A stretch of DNA of 40,834 bases, taken from positions 1 to 40,834 of the forward strand of contig CDMY01000625.1 of assembly GCA_001179505.1 (NCBI GenBank), written 5' to 3'. Origin of the DNA: Vitrella brassicaformis CCMP3155 (Eukaryota > Protista > Chromerida). Position 1 is the stretch's first letter; each line of letters opens with the position of its first letter. The notes under the pieces were generated by a model. It searched no databases. It saw nothing but the letters and a program-made list of their open reading frames with translations, and was not told where the DNA came from. A program made the position numbers and the translations under genes. This document shows positions 33,831 to 40,834 of the stretch, piece by piece.

Positions 33831-36800
33831 TTAGATGGGTGTGGGTGCGACGTCGACGACTGTCCTGGTGGTGTCGACGTAGGTGAGCAGGAGGGCCCCC
33901 GCGTGGTTCATGACCTCGCACTCGCGCTTCTCGGAAATCAGGCGATCGTCACAGCTGATCCTGCACACACACAGACGCACACACACACACACGCACACAT
34001 CACCACACAGCCCGCATCGCATTCACACGCATACGCCCAATCTCTCTCACCATTTGCCGTGGCCGCGTCTGACGAATGCGCTGAAGTGCCCCACGTGCGC
34101 CTCCAGGCCGTGGTGGACCACCACCGACACGAGCTGGTAGCTGGGGGGCGGGGGCGGGGGCGTTGTCAGGCTCGGGAAGGTGGGGGTGCGCCGCACGCCA
34201 ACGGGAGTACTCCTCCCACTTGTGACGCTCCTCGTACCGCCACCTACACACACAAACACACACACACACACACACACAGCCGCGGCATGGTGGGGATGGT
34301 TGTGCTGCCTGGTCCGGCAGGCAGTGGCAGTGGCAGTGAGTCGGACCAGTCGTAGTTGAATTGGAGTTCTCGGCCGTACTCGATGACCTTGTCCGTCTTG
34401 TGAGCCTGGTGCGCACCAAAGCCCGTCCGCTTCAAACTCAACACCAGGATCTGACAGACAGAGACCCACCCCACACAAGCAGAGAGAGAAACGACACACA
34501 TCACCTACTCTGCGTGTGTGGTTTGTTGGCTGTCTGTCTGCGTTTGTTGCCTACGGGGGGCCAGGTCTCGACGAAGAGTTTGTGATATATGTGCCGGTGC
34601 TTGGGGTCGGCGCGCAGGACCTTCTGAGGGTCGCGGTCCACCAGGGTGCAGCAGATGGCGTCCCTGCAGATGACGTGAGGCACAGGTGGTCAGTGGGATG
34701 TGTCTGTGTGTGTGTGTGTGTGTATGTGTATGTGCGGCCTGCGTACTCGATGGTTGTGATTTCGGAGTCGGTGATGGCGAGGTCGAGTGTCCAGAAGGCC
34801 TCGGGCTTCCACGTCAACTTGTTCTTGTCTGATGGATGGAGGGGTCAAGGCACACACACAGACAAGTGGAGTGGCCGAACGAACGATTTTTGTGTCGGCA
34901 AATCGGTCGCTCGTTCAGTCACTCACCGTTGTCAGACTGCACGACCCGCGACACCACGCCGGCAAACAGCTTGCTGATGGGGGATGAATTGATGTCCTCC
35001 AGAGTGTCGTTGCTGCACACACACACACACACACAGACATGCACACCCACACCCCTGCCGATGCGCAGCTTGTCAAGGTGGTGTGCCTACGCGTGGTTGG
35101 CGGCGGCTGGTGGATCGGCGGACGATGACGACGGTTTGGACGGCTGTGGGGGCGGTGGCGAATGGGACGAGAGCCGCCCGAGGCTCTGACAATACAATAC
35201 AATACAATACAATACACCACCACCAAGCGAGATATGCACTCGCTCACTCACTCACTCACCCCTCGGCGGTAGATGCTCTCTGTGTAGGTTGTTGAATAGG
35301 TCGAGAAGAAACTCCTGCGGGTCGGATTGCACACCACCAAAGGCATGACCGGCTGCACACACCACACCACACCACACCACACCACATCATCTGACCTCCT
35401 GACACAGATGTGTTGTGTGCAGTCATCTGACTGATCTGTGTGTGCAGGTGCAGGTGAGCGACCTCTGCCATGTTGGTCGGATTGGCTCTGCTCGAACTCC
35501 TTGATGACAGTCTCGAAGAAGGCCGACGCGTAGAGGGCCGGGAGGGCCGTGTCCTCGCCAGCCATCGACCCCTTCTCGGGACCCTTGTCGCTCAAACTCT
35601 CCGTGTAAGCCACCTGCACATCTGTCACACACACACACACACACACAGATGGACGTGCTGACGACTGTGCGCGTCTGTCTATGTGTGTATGTATCGTCGC
35701 CTACAGCTGTCCCTGTCCTTATGGTGCTCGAGGATAAGCTGGCAGATGTCTCGCAGCCTCTGGGTGCGCTCGCGCTCCTTGTCGAGACACGCCTTGTTCT
35801 TGGCGCGGTAGAACTCCGCGAAGATCGCCCGAAACGCCGCGTGGAAGGGGTAGTGCAGACGGTGCTCTTTCGCCCACTCACGGTCGTACTGCGCCGCGTT
35901 TGCCAATCCCTGACCAACCACACGCACACACAGGGCCCGACACACAGAACCGGTTTGTGTGCGTCTCTCTCTCCGCTGTGTGTGAGGGTCGAGACCTACC
36001 CTACCTCTGCCGATAGCGAGAGGTACTCAGCGAACCACTGCAGCGGCAGCATTCCCTGGATCAACTGACGGACACACCACACCACACCATACCACGTGTG
36101 TGTGTGTTGGCTGAATGTTTGTTTACCGCATTCACGTAGCAGTAGTTCTTGATGTTTTCGAGGCCGCGGGGCTGCCACAGGGGCTCGCCATCGGGCAGCG
36201 CCTCGTCTTCATCCTACACGCACACACACACACACACACAACACACCACCGACGGGCGGATGGATTGTGAGTGCACCGCTGCATGCCGGCCGGCCGTTTG
36301 GCTCACTCACTGACCCGTTTGAGCAGGAGCATCTCCTTCTCGTACATGAGGATGTGGGACGATACCGTGGCCAGGTGCGGCTGCCACTGAGGGTTAGAAT
36401 CAACCGCCGCATTCGAGCGGCGCCGAACATATTGCTCAAACTGACCACACACACACACACACAGAGCCAATACAGATGACACTCGGCGCCACAGACACAC
36501 ACTTGCCCTGCCATAACGCACCTTGTACACGCGCAGCCTCTCGTGTGGCTTGAGGTCCCGCAGTTCGATGGTGCGGGCATCCTTGAGGGCGAAGTAGAGG
36601 CCTCGTGTGATGACGCTGAACTGCCCGCCCCTCACCACCAAGTTGCTCTTGACGCTGTCCGTCATCCACTTGGTCGACAGCAGCCGCGGCTTCTCGGCAA
36701 ACTCCATGTCGTCACAGGCCTCCCCGCCCATCCCCGCTGCTGCTGCTGCGGCGGCGGCGCCAGGGGTCACCACGGCCGAGGGCGTGCCGAGGGGCGGACC

Positions 36801-39800
36801 CCACTCGGACCCAGATGACGTCGACTTGGGCGGCGGGGGCGAGGGACCGGGCAGAGACGCAGGCTTGATGATCGGCATTTGCGGCTGCACCGCGCTGCCT
36901 TCGCCGTACCCCTCCATGGTGCCGCCGCCAGAGGGGCTGTTGGTGGCTGACGGAGGGGTCGCCGATGGAGAGGGGGAGGGCTGCCGGTCCGGGAAGGGGT
37001 CAGTGGAAGAGCCGGAGGGTATGTCTGCAGAAGAGGGAGGGAGACGGCAGGATGTGTGTGTGTGTGTGCCGTGCTGGTGGTGTGTTGGTGTGACGCGTGG
37101 AGTGCAATGCGTACCATTGTGCTGCTGCAGGTGGGATTGCTTTAGTGCGTCCTTGAGGGCTCTGGCGATCTCCTTGCACTTCTCCAGGGGCGGGCTGGTG
37201 GGGAGGTTGCTGTTGATGAAGTCAACCAGGTCCGTGATGCTCTGCACACATACAGACAGACAGACAGACAGACCGGTCATCTGGCTGTGTGTACGTGTGA
37301 GCATTGATCTGATCCGTGTGCGTGGGTCTCGCGGCTCGCTGACCATTGAGCTGACATAGTCGAGGATCTCCAGGGTTATCAACGTGTCGCTCAGTTGGTA
37401 GCGATGGAGTACGTCAGACACCGCTGAACAGACACCCACACAACGTACGATGACCGATCACTGAGAGGCTCCGTCCACTCCTTCCTCTCCTCACGTGTCG
37501 GAATCCCGCCGCCACCACCAGCAGCGGCTGCCGCTGCCCCGGGCTCCTCGCCGCGACCCCTGTTTGTCTTCTGTCGCCCCTCGGCCGTGTCCACCTCCCC
37601 ACCGTCAGACGACGTCTGAGTGCCACCGAGGGTCGGGAACTCTGCCGCAACTTTGGGACCGCTGCCACTGCTGTGACGCTTGCCGCGGCCAATCCCGCCC
37701 CGCTGCCGGGCGAGACGCGTGTGTTGTTGAGGTTGATGGAGTTCTGCTGCGGTGTGGCCTTGGGAGTCAGGAAGAGGGACGGGAATGTGCCGCTCTCCAC
37801 GGTCGATGCGGGTGCGGCCGCCCCAGTTGCTGCTGGGAGGGGGTCGTCCCACACGCTCGTGGATGCCCCGTTGTGTTGGTGGTGGCGGGAGTGGGGGGCT
37901 CTGCTGGTTGTGGGTGGCTTGCTGTTCCAGAAGCCCTCGCCACGTGTCGTGTTGATCTTGTCGTGAGTGTCGACTGAGGGTCCCTTGCCTTGATGAAGGG
38001 CTGGCGTTGCCACCCCTGGTAGCGACGGTGCCGCCCAAGAAGTCTTTGATGTCCACTTTGACGCCGGTGAACTTCTGCTTGCCCTTCTTCTTCTGCTGCT
38101 GCTTGCTGGGTGTGGACTTGTCCTCCGTCGGGAAATCCTGAACGATCGGAGACTGAGAGGCGTCCTGAGTGAGACACACACAGAGAGGGGGGGGTTGAGC
38201 ATTCAGAGTGGGAAGGGGGAGAGGGATGAGGGCTCAGCCTGTGTCTCGACCTGCCCAGCCTCCTTCTGCTCCTCAGCAGGCGGGACCTCTTCACTGAAGC
38301 CGTCTTCCCTCTGGAAGGACCCGAACTTGCCCGCCACCGGGGGGCGCGCTCCTGAGCCGCCTGGCCGGAAGATGTCCGTCCGGGAAGCGCCCGCACGGTT
38401 GATCTCGCTGCTCTCGGTGGGCGCAGCCGAGTGGTCTGCACATGGACCGATGGGAGGCACTGGCTGTGATTGTGATAGTGGTTGTGTTGTGTGTACCCTT
38501 GAGCAGTTACGGGGGGATCTTGTGGTTGTCTGGGAGCCTCTGGCAGGACTCCTGAGGCAGGCAGATCAGGACACACATACACAGATGTGATGTGCACTGC
38601 ACACTGGTATGCAGTCAGTGTCTGGGTGAGATGTCGATCTGTCTGGATCTGTCTGTGTGTCTGTCTTGTCGAAGTCGGCCGGCACGGAGCGGGGATACAT
38701 ACCTTGTCTTTGAACGACTTTAGGAATTCGATGGGGTAGAACCGGGGGCTCCCACTCACCAAACTCGTGTGACGCAACGACGGGGATGCCTCGGGCGGCG
38801 CACTGCAAAACAGCAAACACAACACAATACAATACAACCACAACACACACACCAACATGTATGTGCATTCCTCACATGGCGGGCGCCCTCATGGCGTCGT
38901 AGTCCGGGCTCATGACATCGCTGGTGCTGGGCCCGCCGACAGAGTTGCGCCTGTACACCCCCGCCGGCTGATCCGAGTCCGTCTGCTCCTCCTCAGCCTC
39001 GCCCGCATCCTTACAGTCTCCCTCCACACCCTCGTCCATCGCGGCCCCGGGAGCACCTGGCGTCGCGACGGGCACTGGGGGCTGGGGCGGAGGGGATGGG
39101 GAGAGGGAGAGGGAGGGGGATGTGGTGTGGACTGCCTCGCCTCCGTCTTGTGGGCGGCCGCTGGGCTGACGGCGCTGGCCTTGACCTCGTCTGAAGCGGG
39201 GATGGGCTCCTCGTCTCGGGTCGACTTTTCCTTGGGTGGCTCCTCAACCACGGCTGGCGCCTCCTTGGCCGCCCCCTGCGACTCTGCTGCGATGGTGTCC
39301 TGCTTGGCAGGCACCAAGGGCTCCTCCCTGACCGGCTCCATCACCGCCTCCTCCCTGTCCACCTTTGTCTTGCCCGCCGGTGTCTCGCGCCCGGCTGGCG
39401 CGGCCTCAGCCTGACCCATAGGCACAGGGGCCTCCTGACCAGCGACAGCTTCCTCCTCCTTGGTCTTCGTCGGTGAGTGGCGGTGCTCGGGCGACGTATC
39501 CTCGACATGTGGGCCGACTGGTGTGCCGTCAGGCTCTTGGGCTTGAGGGGCCTGCACGCAACCGTGTGTGACAGAGCAAGGACACAGTGACATCGAGATG
39601 GGTGAGCGCTATTTTTCTAGGGGTGGATGCACCAACCTCTTCCTCGACGGGCATCTCCTTCTTTGCCTCCCCTCCCGCACCGACTGTTCCCTCCCCCAGC
39701 GGCACCTCAGCTTTCTTGTTCTCCTTCTTGGCCTTCTGGACAACCTCGGCAGCTTCAACGACAGGCTCTGTCATGCAAGCGAACTCTCCAACGGCCGCAG

Positions 39801-40507
39801 GGGGGGCGCTGGAAGCACACACAAAAGCAGGCATGACAGCACAACGTGTGCAGGTGTATGTGTGTTCGATGCAACACCTGTCTGGTTGTCCCTCCTGTTG
39901 GTCTTCGAAGTCGGCTTGGTAGCCCTCGTCCGACTTGACCTCCTCTGACACGGGCTTTCCCTCCTTCTCCACTGGTGCTGGCCGCCCCTCAGCCTCCTTG
40001 GCTGCTGGCTGCTCCTCCCTGACGACGTGGGGCTCCTTCACCTCAGCTGCACACGTCAGGCATTTGAGGAGGGACCAAGCCATATATGACAAAATTGCAA
40101 GACATTCACTTACCCTCGTCTTTCTCTGTCTTCTTTTCCTCCTCGGTCGGCTCCTCTGTGTGCTCGAAAACTGTCGGTGGCTTCTCGGCGGTCTTCTTGT
40201 TATCTTCCTCCTCGGGGAAGGTCTCCCCGTCGAACCTCCCCGACTTGGTCTCCGATGACACCATCACGACGGACTCGCGAGGGGGTCGGGCAGGTGGGGC
40301 AGGCTCCTCCACCTTCTCGTGACGCTGAGGGTCCTCAGACGGCTCTGGTGGCCGCTCCCCTTCCTCCTCCCGTCTCTCCTTGGACGCGTTGGGCTGGGCG
40401 GTCGATTCGGGCACATGGGGAGGGTGTGAGTGGTCGTCTTGCTGTCTACCACAGCAACACCACCCCTCACACCTCCCCACTCTTACTCTCGGGAAGCAAT
40501 TTCCCAT
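33831..40507 (-). CDS. Ubiquitin-specific protease (peptidase C19) with long disordered N-terminus, MGNC acylation motif and eIF4E-binding-like motif
   Basis: Cys box PRGLENIKNYCYVNA|LIQGML (36127-36170); QSDPQEFLLDLFNNLH (~35300); His box YQLVSVVVHHGLEAHVGHFSAFVRR (34060-34140); W|ISCDD in the last exon, which ends PTPI* at 33831. First exon ATG GGA AAT TGC TTC CCG AGA|gtaag at 40507-40487. Intervening acidic/Pro-rich exons have GT-AG ends; continuity as a single gene was read by eye. Confidence 0.85.
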
Positions 40508-40834
40508 CTTCTCCTATAGCGCCCCCAAAAGCGAGCTGTCGATCAAAAAACTTGGAGCCAATAAGATTGCCCTTCGGTAAGAACGCCGAACTGTGGCTGT
40601 GACACGCAGCGAAGGACACTTTAGCAAGAGCCGAAGCTCCAAGGCTAGAGATCGACTCCCTCGGGGAGACCACACGCCGCGCACCAGCAGCAGCACCAGA
40701 TCTGGCACGCCCAGGACGCCTCATGAGCCACGAGAGCCGGCGCACATCCCATCTCGCACAGGGCAGCATCCTCGTGTCGGCAGCACAGGTGCGACTCAAC
40801 CGCCGACAGAAATGGCGTAGATCAGGGAAGGGGT

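Noticed and set aside
38745-38780. EFGEW as a G3BP-binding FGDF-like motif of USP10 type
   Set aside because: It is in a different frame from the spliced coding frame (TSLVSGSPRFY) and does not match FGDF

Overview
Eukaryotic, GC-rich and intron-dense DNA, with short GT-AG introns full of TG/CA microsatellites and apicomplexan-style CCCH and MGNC motifs. It most resembles a chromerid alga such as Vitrella brassicaformis; this is inferred from sequence style only. Recognisable genes are a DHHC palmitoyltransferase, a large orphan gene crossing a 300-N gap whose flanks are an identical 1248-bp duplicate (probably an assembly artefact), a protein with two degenerate CCCH fingers, N-acetylglutamate synthase with a bipartite leader, a secreted expansin-trefoil-TM protein, a secreted PKD/IPT/sugar-dehydrogenase-like propeller protein, a NUDT15-type Nudix hydrolase and a USP deubiquitinase. 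Highlights: (1) a 4.33-kb segment (20548-24878) bounded by perfect 20-bp inverted repeats with AT on both sides. It has no visible transposase, carries a gene built from tandemly amplified phase-0 exon cassettes plus an intronless ribonucleotide-reductase fragment, and ends close to the start codons of two divergent secreted-protein genes. (2) An N-acylation-motif USP with an eIF4G-type eIF4E-binding motif, tail-to-tail with a rearranged, core-deleted paralog that retains the start of an eIF4G MIF4G domain. (3) An expansin-like protein fused to a trefoil domain and a membrane anchor. Exon structures were read by eye, so spans are approximate.
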